Virus genome (UHGV): UHGV-1430452
Reading direction: 5' to 3' (one strand)
DNA: 64,000 nt
DNA from: a virus
The notes under the pieces were generated by a model. The model ran no database searches, was not told the DNA's origin, and saw only the letters and a list, made by a program, of their open reading frames with translations. Shown piece after piece: positions 36,325 through 47,500 of this stretch; position 1 is the first letter of the stretch, and every line of letters begins with the position of its first letter. The translations under genes were made by a program, and so were the position numbers.

Positions 36325-37899
36325 TTAAACAATTAATTGACATAGAAATGTGATTTTTGTATCGACGTCTTCAGGACTTAGTGTGAAGGTAAAACCATCG
36401 TTGCCAAGTCGCTCATCGTCGGCTGATATAACTCCAAATGAATCGTCATTAAGTCGTTGCCAGCTCCATTCAAGGTATGCACCAGGACCAACTGCCTCTT
36501 TAAGGGTTTTCATATCTGTAATTCTTCTGCTTCCACGATAAATAACCGCCGATAATACGGTGGCTACTTGATCGTTCTTAAATACAGTTCCTCTCGATGA
36601 TTCAATCCTCAAAAGAGTTGTTACTTCATCCTCAATCTGGGTCATATGATTTTTGATGCTATCAATCTCTTCTTGAAGACTTGGACCGCTGCTACCACCA
36701 GCAGACATTGATATGCTGTTTGCTGATATTTCGAGCTTATAAGTACCGTCTTCTGTTTTATAATATTTCAAGAAATTGCTAGAGTCTCCGAAAGCTATTT
36801 GCCCCTCATTATCGAGATAAATACCACGAGTATTGTTATCTACAGTCTCTTTAACTCCAGAATATATGGAATTGTTTGTTATATTAAGTCCACCAATAGT
36901 TGCGCCAAAAGCAACCAAATCGCTAACTGATATCTTCTCTGCTGTTACTGATTTCGCTCTAATGACTTGTCCATTAAGGCTGTTATAATCAGTTTGTTCG
37001 GCTTCTGTGGTAACTCCATCTGTATTAAGTTTGTAATATAGACCGTCTTCACCTTTCACCACTAACTTATCAGCAACAATAGTATTGGCTTCAATCATGT
37101 CACCACGGATAGTAACACCGACCAACTCTCCTGTGAGCGTTTGATCTCCTACAACCAAATCTTTAATAAGACCACTTTCAGTAAATAAGTTTGTAATAGC
37201 AGCTTTTCCGATATTGGAAAAATCGATATTGGCATATTTACCGTCAAGGTTGGCAATTGTAGCGTTGATGGCAGTTAAATCCTCTGTGGTAAGATTCTTG
37301 AAGTTACCAAAGTCAGATTCTAAATTATGAATATTAGCGTCGACAGCTTCCAGACTTCCTATTGTCGCGTATTTAATATCAGCTATATCGGCATCGAGTT
37401 TCTTAGCGTTTAAGTTTTCTATTTCCGCAGAATTAGCGGTTAGTTTCCCTTCAATTGTTGCATCATTGGCTTTTAATGTTTCAATATCGGCTTTGCTAGC
37501 AGTCAATGTATCTTTAATAGTCACATTATCACTGACTAAGTCATCGATACGACCCATCTGAGCATCGAATTCTTTAGTACTTACTTTGTCAGCAATTACT
37601 ATTTCGAATTCTGATATTTGATCACCAATTTCCGTAACAACTTTATTACTAGCCGACGGGGATGACGTGCTACCAGTGACAGTCGCAGAATGGTCTTTAA
37701 TTGTCACAATAACTCGGTCACCGTTTTCTACTACTGTAGTAGATTTCATAGGTGTTAATAGATCAGACCCATCAAGCTTTACAAATTTCTCACCATTGTA
37801 ATCGACTATTGTTCCAAAAGAGGTGCTTTCGGAAGGTTCCTTTTTGGTATCTTTAGTCGCTTTTACGAATTGTGATATCAAATCGCTAGAGAGTCCCAT
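36325..37899 (-). CDS. minor tail structural protein (coiled-coil)
   Basis: 524 aa; long coiled-coil, position in tail block. Confidence 0.45.
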   Translation of the reverse strand: MGLSSDLISQFVKATKDTKKEPSESTSFGTIVDYNGEKFVKLDGSDLLTPMKSTTVVENGDRVIVTIKDHSATVTGSTSSPSASNKVVTEIGDQISEFEIVIADKVSTKEFDAQMGRIDDLVSDNVTIKDTLTASKADIETLKANDATIEGKLTANSAEIENLNAKKLDADIADIKYATIGSLEAVDANIHNLESDFGNFKNLTTEDLTAINATIANLDGKYANIDFSNIGKAAITNLFTESGLIKDLVVGDQTLTGELVGVTIRGDMIEANTIVADKLVVKGEDGLYYKLNTDGVTTEAEQTDYNSLNGQVIRAKSVTAEKISVSDLVAFGATIGGLNITNNSIYSGVKETVDNNTRGIYLDNEGQIAFGDSSNFLKYYKTEDGTYKLEISANSISMSAGGSSGPSLQEEIDSIKNHMTQIEDEVTTLLRIESSRGTVFKNDQVATVLSAVIYRGSRRITDMKTLKEAVGPGAYLEWSWQRLNDDSFGVISADDERLGNDGFTFTLSPEDVDTKITFLCQLIV

Positions 37900-37905
37900 T
37901 AAATA

Positions 37906-38982
37906 TCACCCCCATAATTTAGTTGTAAATACAGCTTTCTCTGTAACTGGACATCCAGGCTCACATTTGATAGATTGACTAACAACTTTGGCTTTTATGT
38001 TACTTATTCCAGCTCGTTTATAGTTAAGACGTACACAATCATTTAACCGTACAGGACAATACGCGTGAGTATATGTCACCGTATATTCAAGGCAGGACAC
38101 TTCACGGAGTAATTGCTCTGCATATTTTTGAATCTGTGATTCGGTCGGTATACCTGACAAGCTAGGATTAGTCACTCGATGTAAAATCTCTCGACCGCGA
38201 TTGATAGTAGAAGTTGGACTATTTTCGTCGTCATTAACTGCCCTACCGTAATAAATATCGTTAGCGTCAGAGTATACTACCTCAACAACATTCGGTATTC
38301 CGTACAGATCATGATTTACTGTTATCTCAGGATACAAGATAGAACTATTATTATCATCATAGGTATGAACAGGTTGCAAAGAGGCCGTATCCTGATCGGG
38401 AGCGAAAAGAATACGACCTAATTCGTCTAAACTAAGTTTATATTTTGCATTTGATATCAAATCCGAAGTAAATGTTATCCAAGTATCATCCGTGTTTGCT
38501 ACAAAATCGTTATATAATTCAGTCTCATTGTCTGCTTTTATAACTGGTGCTCTTACGTTGTCACGACATATCTGATAGGCCATTTTCATGATGTTCTCGC
38601 CTTTTAATATGGAATATCCAAGAGGTGGTGGATTCTCCTTTAACTCAATCAGTGGTGTGTAAGCGTCAAGAGTGTTGTCTTGTTTCTTACCGTCGAATGA
38701 TGAGGATGGGGTTTGAACTAAGTAAGTGCCTAGAGGATGTTTCTCAGTTAATCCATTTTGAATCGTAATGAGATAAACCCTCACATAGCACTCACCGATA
38801 GTTTCCGTAATATCTAATGTAGCTGATCCAAGTGTTTCAGCCCCTGAGTCTCTGGAAATAGAACACGATTTCACGGTATCTATTCGTTTCATATCTTTCC
38901 ATGTGCCTGGATCGACTATATAGTATTCAAATGTCTGTTCCATCGACTTAGTCCAATCTGGCATATCAGATACCTCCTTCAA
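37906..38982 (-). CDS. tail/baseplate component
   Basis: 358 aa directly after the distal-tail-like gene. Confidence 0.4.
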   Translation of the reverse strand: MKEVSDMPDWTKSMEQTFEYYIVDPGTWKDMKRIDTVKSCSISRDSGAETLGSATLDITETIGECYVRVYLITIQNGLTEKHPLGTYLVQTPSSSFDGKKQDNTLDAYTPLIELKENPPPLGYSILKGENIMKMAYQICRDNVRAPVIKADNETELYNDFVANTDDTWITFTSDLISNAKYKLSLDELGRILFAPDQDTASLQPVHTYDDNNSSILYPEITVNHDLYGIPNVVEVVYSDANDIYYGRAVNDDENSPTSTINRGREILHRVTNPSLSGIPTESQIQKYAEQLLREVSCLEYTVTYTHAYCPVRLNDCVRLNYKRAGISNIKAKVVSQSIKCEPGCPVTEKAVFTTKLWG

Positions 38983-41545
38983 CTCTTGTTATGTCTAGAG
39001 TAACCGGAATAGTGACATCGGAATGTTTCTGATTAAAAGATACAGTGATGTTTGCCCAATAGCCGCTTCCGGACGGTTCCCTAACATACACATCACCCAT
39101 CCATACGGATAAACGCCGTAATGCATAAAGAGTCTCTTTGTCTTCCTTAGGAATAACCATATTCCAAGTTGCAGAAGCGCCAACATGAGTGCCATAATAA
39201 CTAACCGGATACTTTCTTCCGATATAATTTACGAGTGTACTATCCGGTTTGTTATTGTCTGATACATCAATGTTGTAAGGGATTTTCAGCATCGAACCTA
39301 CCCATGGAGGAGTTTCGAGTTCTTCGTCTTCAGTTGTGTTAAAATTGGTCCATTCATCGTCCCACTGAATTATTACGGAATTGCCTCCTACTGGATACCC
39401 AGGTGGATCATAGTAACTAACAGAACCTGTACTTTTCGATGTGGCGACAATTCTATATCGCGCGTAATCTAAAGCTGGGTGTGGATCAGTTACGTATGAT
39501 TCATCTAAAGGAGATAGACCGGTAGCTAGCTCGGTAAATGTTCCATCAAACTCTTTCCTATAAACCGATAGCTCAACATCGGCCACAGCTTCCGACATTT
39601 CGTTCAAACAATATGGACTTATGTATGCTGTGTATGTTTCTTCGTCAATTCCTATTTCTGCATCCGGTTCATATGTGAATTCAGTCCATGATACATCGAA
39701 TTCTAATTCCGCTTCTGACGTAAGACCGGAATCCATAGAAGCAGTGCATTTAACTGTATAGCTGATGGCATTTTCGAGATCTATACTATGTGCAGAGATC
39801 TCCAATAACAACTGCTCTTTAGTGTCAAAGTACTGAGAATATAATGCTTCTCCTGCGTTTATTATTTTCTCATTGCCTATTTCATCAACTGTTGTGTAAA
39901 CTTCATTCGATGTTATTTCAACATGATATCCAATTGGCATCTGAGTGTTAGGACCAGTTTCACACTTAAGATAAATAGGAAACGAATTTACTGTAGTGAT
40001 AATATTATTTTGATTATCAGTCAAATTCATGGACAATGTGGCCGGAGCATAAACGTTAACTGTTCTCTGTATCGACCAATCGCCATACTGTTTAGTTACA
40101 CCAGCAGTTCTAACTCGCCACTTTATAACAGTGCCTTCTTTGTATTGGGTAGTATCCACAGAATAGAAACTGGTTCTATCTTTATCTTCTTCGACATTGG
40201 TATTTTCTATAGTGTGGGTTATTTTTTCTTCATCATAATATATCTCTAATTCAGCAAACGTCTGACTAGAGCCGTCTTCCGCATTATGAACCCAATATAG
40301 AAGTAACTCTTCCCCAGTAATCGCGGTAGTTGTTGAAGACCATGTTGTAGGAGCTGATGGACTTTTACCAATAACTATGGATTTAATCGATGTCCATGAC
40401 GATTCTCCATTATCGTTTACAGCTCGTACTCTAAAGAAATATTCCTGTCCTGATTCCATCCCGGTTATCTGAGCATATTGGTAAGCAGTAGATGTCACGC
40501 TTTTAACCTCTCCAGGATTTTGATCGAAATACGATTGTTTTGTTGTATATTCGATAGTAAAGCTTGTAGCATTCTCTACTTTTTCCCATTTAAGCTGCAC
40601 AGACGTGTCCGACGTAGCCTTGATGAAAATTATTTCTTTAGGAGCTGCTGGTACTGTTCCTGCTGAATTCGAGTAATCAGACCATTCGCCATAGATTTTA
40701 TCGCTTCCGTATAGGTTCACTGCTCTACAACGAACTCTGTAGTCTGAACCTGGATTAATAGTAAAAGACGCCACAGCTCTACAGGTCTGAACCTTTACTG
40801 TCGACGTCTTAAACCGAGTTGCCCCACTATAAACTTCAAAAGCGATCTGGTCAGTTCTAGGATCATCAATGTTATCGATAGTTGCTGTTAATGTGTACTT
40901 ATCGATTTTTACACTTGGTGCATTAGGCTTAGCAGGAGGATTACCTGCAAAATTCAAGTATGCACTAGCTTTAGTGGCAGTCCAATAAGCAACGTCTTTA
41001 CCATTCACCTTATGCTTTTTAGCGACAGGTTTAACATATACCATGACACTTATCGCATTTGACGGGACGGTGTATGTAGATTGGTGTACTTTTTCTTGTG
41101 AATTACTTCCTACAAAAAATATTCCATCACCAGTGCTATAACGCCATTCAACTTGATAATAATCTACATAAGAGGTAGCTCTTGGTGCTGCGAAAAAAGA
41201 TACTGACCTGGTTCCATCACCGAAGTCAGTACCACTTCCATCTTTTATCAGATATCCGACATTTATAGCGGACTGAATATTATGAGTACCACTTTTATTC
41301 CTGCCTAGAACAGCTCTTGCTCCTTTAATCTGAGTAATTTTCCATGTCTCATTAAAAACCCAGGAGGAAATGCTAACACCGTTATACCATGTAGCACCAC
41401 TTTGAATTGTTACCCATTCGCCTACTCGATAGTTTCCAATTTGTTCTGCATATATTTTTGCCGGTTCTTTAAAGTCCCATGTAGCGTAATATGTACTATC
41501 TGTACCAGACTGAAGCGCTAATTTAAGATTGGTAACTGACGCCAT
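38966..41545 (-). CDS. tail tip protein with fibronectin-III-like domains (distal tail protein-like)
   Basis: 859 aa immediately after tape measure; FN3-like segments (SVQLKWEKV...YFFRVRAVNDNGESSW). Confidence 0.45.
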   Translation of the reverse strand: MASVTNLKLALQSGTDSTYYATWDFKEPAKIYAEQIGNYRVGEWVTIQSGATWYNGVSISSWVFNETWKITQIKGARAVLGRNKSGTHNIQSAINVGYLIKDGSGTDFGDGTRSVSFFAAPRATSYVDYYQVEWRYSTGDGIFFVGSNSQEKVHQSTYTVPSNAISVMVYVKPVAKKHKVNGKDVAYWTATKASAYLNFAGNPPAKPNAPSVKIDKYTLTATIDNIDDPRTDQIAFEVYSGATRFKTSTVKVQTCRAVASFTINPGSDYRVRCRAVNLYGSDKIYGEWSDYSNSAGTVPAAPKEIIFIKATSDTSVQLKWEKVENATSFTIEYTTKQSYFDQNPGEVKSVTSTAYQYAQITGMESGQEYFFRVRAVNDNGESSWTSIKSIVIGKSPSAPTTWSSTTTAITGEELLLYWVHNAEDGSSQTFAELEIYYDEEKITHTIENTNVEEDKDRTSFYSVDTTQYKEGTVIKWRVRTAGVTKQYGDWSIQRTVNVYAPATLSMNLTDNQNNIITTVNSFPIYLKCETGPNTQMPIGYHVEITSNEVYTTVDEIGNEKIINAGEALYSQYFDTKEQLLLEISAHSIDLENAISYTVKCTASMDSGLTSEAELEFDVSWTEFTYEPDAEIGIDEETYTAYISPYCLNEMSEAVADVELSVYRKEFDGTFTELATGLSPLDESYVTDPHPALDYARYRIVATSKSTGSVSYYDPPGYPVGGNSVIIQWDDEWTNFNTTEDEELETPPWVGSMLKIPYNIDVSDNNKPDSTLVNYIGRKYPVSYYGTHVGASATWNMVIPKEDKETLYALRRLSVWMGDVYVREPSGSGYWANITVSFNQKHSDVTIPVTLDITRVEGGI

Positions 41546-41549
41546 TAGC

Positions 41550-44500
41550 TTATATCCTCCTTTCTATCACGGCTGCTCTTACAATTTCTTTAACAGCTTC
41601 TGTAATATTGCTTCCATCATCATAAGTAAGACCGTTAATGTTATATGAAACACCACCAACATTACCTAAGTCTTTACGAAGTCTGTTTATTGCTGAAACA
41701 ACATCATCCATAGATCCATTTTGAATTCTTTCACCCATCATAGAATTTATGGTGTTTAGTCTTGACATTACTCCCAATGTAGGAGTTCCATTCAACATGC
41801 CGTTAATTGCACTAGCTCCAGATTTAATATCAGACAAATCAAGGACTGGTCTTATTGTCGGCTGAGTGTTGATATCTCCGTCAAGAAGACTCGAAATTCT
41901 CGACATTGCTGTTTGAGTACTGTTAACAGCGTTATCGGACATTCTAGAAATAGATTGTTTCACTAATCCTCCGAACATACCGATACCCTTAGCAAATCCA
42001 ATAGGAACATATGAACCTATTTTCATGAACACCCTTGAAGGTGAATGAATAGCAAGATTAGCCCTAGCTGCTGCCGATGCTGCCGCTGCCATTGAAGCTG
42101 CTGCATTTGCCGCCGACCAAATGTTCGCTTGAATACCTGCTACAAATCCGCTAGCTACATAAGATCCAGAACTATAAAAGCTTGAATAATATCCTCTAGT
42201 AGAAGATACTGCTGAAGACAATATCGACGTTGTTGTGTTCACAACACTTGAAGCTCTACTTCGCATACCGTTTACGAATTGTGTCATTAAAGCAACGCCA
42301 TTAGTTCCAAATACGGATCTTTTACTGCTAATAGCTTTAAGCATCGAGTTGATAATATTGGTAGCTGTTGATGTTACCAATGCTTGTTTTGATTTCAAAC
42401 CATTAGAGAAAGATGTAATTAAGTTCGATCCAATGTTCGACATCTTAGACGTTGAACCACTAAATGATTTAGTAATACTATTCATAGAAGTTTGACCCAA
42501 AGTAGATACAGCAGTTTTAAACGATGCTACGCCGCTTGTGTTAAGTCCGGCCAAACTACTAATAAAATTCTTAATCTTAGTAGCCGCTGTTATAGAGCTA
42601 GATATTGATCCGACATTTATACCTGCAACAGAATCAGAGTAACTTTTTAAAGTACTTCCGATAGTTCCTATCTTAAAGTTTGAAACTCCACTAGAATCCA
42701 AACTTGATAGTCCCTGAATAAAAGTCTTTAATCTATTTGCCGCAGTAACAGAAGATGTAACTTTACCAGAGTCCACATTTTCAACCGACTTAGAGTAGCT
42801 CTTCAAAGTAGTTCCAATAGATCCTATTTTGAAGTTACTAACACCACTACTATCCAATCCCGTAAGACTTGATACAAAATTTCTAAGTCTATTTGCTGAT
42901 GATATGGATGATGAGACTATACCCGGGTCCATATCTTTAACGGAGTTTCCGTAGTCCTGCATAGCCTTACCTATGGAATTAATCTTGAAGTTTTCAATAC
43001 CGCTTGTATCAAGACCCACCAGACTAGCTATTAAACTCTTAAGTCTTAAAGCTACTGAGACTGCTGTGTTTACTTTAGCGATATCGATATCGGCTACAGA
43101 TTCTCCGAACTTACCTATAGCCTGTCCAATATTAACCAAATGACCGTCTCCGGCTCCAACACCTGCAAAGCTACTAACACCACTTGCATCGAGATCGGCT
43201 AAAGCGGTAATCAGGTTTTTAATCCTATAAGCGGCTGTTATGGCGGTGTTTATACCATCAGAGTTTATGTTTGCAGCGTCTGTTGAGAATGTAGTCATGG
43301 CCGAGCTGAATTTTTCGACGTATTTTGAGAATTCCTCAAGATTCATCTTACCGTCAAACCAGCCTTCTTCTGGAAGGGCTTCTTGAAGAGCTATAATAGC
43401 GCTACCTGCATTCGTTACGGATGTTACGACTGCTTCCGATATACCGTCCTCTCCCATTCCGGTTTTAAGTTTGCCCATAGCTGTAGCAAATTGACCTATG
43501 TTTTCGCCAAAAGTTCCTAAGTCATCTTTTCCGGTAAACCAGTCGATTACTCCTCCCATATTCTCAAGAGAAGATTGTAATCCAGCAAGTTTAGTAGCCG
43601 CATTTATAATAGAAGTAATTGAATCATCATCTATTTTTGTATCTCCTAAATCGGCAAAAGCAGTTTTCATCGATCCCATAAAGCTAGCGACACTAGACCC
43701 AAAAGTCCCTAAGTCGTCCCTTCCAGTGAACCAGTCAACCACTCCTCCTATATTTTCAAGCGATGACTGCAAGCCTGATAATTTAGTAGCTGCGTCGATG
43801 ATTATGCCGATTGCTTCGGTATTTATTTTGACTCCGTCTAAGCTTGAAAATGCTTTTGTCATAGATCCTATAAATAGACCTATATTTACACCAAATGTGC
43901 CGAGGTCGTCTCTACCTTTAAACCAGCTTATTACTCCACCTATTGGTTCGAGTGCTGACTGCAATCCTGCTAATTTAGTTGATCCATCGATAATGGTAGT
44001 CAAAGCTTCAGAATTAAATTCAACACCATCAAGACTCTGAAAAGCAGTTTTCATAGAGAATATAAATTGAGCTACGTTTGTTCCAAAAGTTCCAAGATCA
44101 TCTCTACCTTTAAACCAACTTATTACTCCGCCTATAGGTTCCAATGACGATTGTAAATTAGCTAGAATAGTAGTAGCACTTATTATTGCGGTTAATCCTT
44201 CTGTGTTTAAAGTAATTCCTTCTAGATCAGAGAACGCAACTTTCATGGAAGATATGAATTCTCCTACACTTTCTCCAAATGTGCCGAGGTCGTCTCTACC
44301 TTTAAACCAGCTTATTACTCCGCCTATTGGTTCAAGGCTAGATTGAAGTTTACTCAGTTCAGCAGCTCCAGTAATGATCGATGTTAAAGCTTCCGTATTG
44401 AAGGATACTCCGTCAAGACCTAGAAAAGCATTCTTCATTGAGAATATAAATTGACCGACGTTAGTTCCGAAAGTCGCGAGGTCATCCCTGCCAGAGAACC

Positions 44501-47500
44501 AATCCATAACACCGCCTATAGGCTCCAATGACGATTGTAATTCGCTAAGTTTCGTTGCTACATTTATCACAGCGCCCATTGCCGCCTCGTCTATTGTGAT
44601 TCCAGCAGAAGCTTGCGATATCGCTTTCATAGCATTGAAGAACGCAACACCATCGGTCTCAAACTTCTCCATAGAAGTACCACCGAGAGTGAATATGTCA
44701 GCGATAGAAGTACCAACTGTTGTAAATCCTATCTCTGCCATAGCACTCATTAAATCGGACACGCCATCGAAAGATCCTGATTTAATACCACTAGCATTTT
44801 CGCTTGCTATAGCTAGTTTGTCCATGAAATCAGCAATATTTTGACCTATTTCCGGTAAACTTCCGGTAATACCTTCTCCGATTCCTCCTATGAATGCTCC
44901 GATTCCTTTGCCGATTGCGTTTCCTATTTTTCCTAATAATCCACCGCCAGCTTCAACAAGGGACGAAAAACCTGGAATTTTAGATAACCCACCGATTGCT
45001 GCCAGAAGTACTGCTATCTCAGCTATTACAGCACCAACGGCTAATACTCCGGTCATTGCTGGGCCGGCTAAAGCTCCAGCTCCGGCGAATACTTTCATCA
45101 ATATTCCGATTACTCCGAATGCACCTATGCCTTTTAGCATAGTATCCATATCTAAATTGCCTATCGAATCGACGATACCTTTGACAACTTGTCCGACAAA
45201 ATTCATTATTGCCGATATTAATTCTGGAGTATGCTCGGCAAGACTATTAATAACTCCGATTATAAAACCGAGAAGTGAATCGACAATCTGTGGTGCATAC
45301 TGTTCTAATGCGTCTAAAACGCCTAAGAGCAGTTTCAGAAAACTTTCAGCCAATTGAGGTGCATATTCTCCTATAACTTTTGCGATTTCGACGATACCTC
45401 GACCTATTACTTCAGCAATTTGTGGAATCAATCCTAAAATACCGGTGATTATAACTGTTATTGATGCGACAAGCGCTGTGGCACCAGCAGTTCCAGCAGT
45501 AGCAAGAGCTGTGAATCCAGCTGATAGAGCAAGTATACCAACGCCAATTCCAGCTATAGCTACAGCAAATATAGCCATCGCAGCGGATAAACCAAGTATT
45601 GCCGGAGTGAGTGGACTCAGAAGAGCTCCAGCTACTCCTATTACTACAAAGGCTCCAGCAAGAGTTACGAGACCTTTTACTATGCTCTCCCAACTCATAG
45701 ATCCTAATGATTTCAATACAGGTGTTAAAATTGCTAATCCAGCAGCTGCAACAACTAATGCGGCAGACCCCTTAAGAGATCCACTCATGGCTTTTAATCC
45801 AATAGATAGCTCGACCAAAGCTATTCCAAGTACAACGAGTCCTTTTCCTATACTCTCCCAGCTCATCGATCCTAATGATTTTAAGACTGGAGTTAATATA
45901 GCAAGTGCTGACGCCATCAAAAGCATTTGACCGCCGAACTTAGCGATAGATCCACTACCCTTGCTCATAATTTTAGAAGCTAACACCAGCATTGTAACAA
46001 TACCTAATATTCCAGCTCCACCTTTAGCTAATTCGTTCCAACTCATAGAACCCAAACTCTTACCAACAGCAGCCAAAATGCCAACCGCAGCTGACATGAT
46101 AAGCATCTGTCCAGCAAATTTGGTTATAGACTTACTTTCAGTATTCATGAGTTTGGCAGCACCAACTAATATAGCGACTATTCCTAATATTCCGGCCCCA
46201 CCTTTGGCTAATTCTTCCCAACTCATTGAACTGAGAATTTTAGCGACTCCAGATAACGCTGCTATTGCTGCTGATAATATAAGCATCTGTCCAGCAAATT
46301 TGGTTATAGACTTACTTTCGGTATTCATAAGTTTAGCAGCCGCGACGAGTATAGCTACCATTCCACCAATACCAACGAGGCCTTTTGCTACACCGTTCCA
46401 ATCAAGTCCAGCTATAATTTTCATAGCGCCTGCTAATATAAGAATAGCTGCTCCGAGTCCAATCATCTGAACAGTTCTAGCTATACCTGACAAACTTGAT
46501 ACTATACCAGATAAAGGTTTGACACTTTTGCTGTTTATTTTTTCAAGCACTGCTAATGCAGATATCAACTCTACAAACAAACCGCCTATTGCGCCTAAAG
46601 AACTTCCGAGTTTATCCTCGTCTATTCCAGATATGACAAAAAGAGCCGCTGCCAGTATTCCAATAGCACCCGCTATTTTTAGCAATGTTCCGGCTTTAAG
46701 ATTCTGTTGCCATGATTCCAAACTTCCCTTAACGCCATCAAGTATTTTTTTAACGTTATCTAAGAAACTTATTTTTTCGAATGGATCAGATAATCCTTTA
46801 ATAAAGTTTCTTATGGCTAGTAATATTCCAGCAAACAATCCGCTGTTTAATACTTCGAAAATATCGCCTTTACCAAAGGCATCGGCTATCATATTACCTA
46901 TATCGGAAAAAGCTTCTCCGATGGCCGCGCCAACCGACTTTATAGTGTTCCATAGACCGGAAAAGAAGCCAAGAAAACCTTGAAGTGTAGGAGAAATCTT
47001 AAAACTCTCAATAAGTGAGCGTCCAAACTCTGCTATTTTTGAAATCCCGTTGCTAAGAAATCCAACAATTTTATCAACTGCGTCGCCAAACAGATTTCCT
47101 TCTACTATGGAGTCTCTCACATTCGAGATAAAATCTCCAAAAGAACTCGTTGCATCCAGTATTCCTCCACCAAGTCCGGTGAAGTTTCCAATAATATCTA
47201 GAGCGCCTTTTCCAACAGCTTTAAAAGCCTCTATAACAATATCGATAGCGGAAAAGATTCCTTTAAATGTAGATTTTATTTTAGATGCAGCGCCTTCACT
47301 TACTTTTAAAGTATCAGTGAAAGCTTTGAATCTATCAATCATACTTACTACTTGGTCGACTGTAGTAGGTGGAAATATCTCTCTAAAAGCTTCTTTTATC
47401 GGTTTTATTATATCTCCAAGGAATTTGAATATATTTTTCAAACCCTCTATAATTTTTTCTCTACCGCCAAGCTCGGTTATTCCATCGATAAGACCATCTA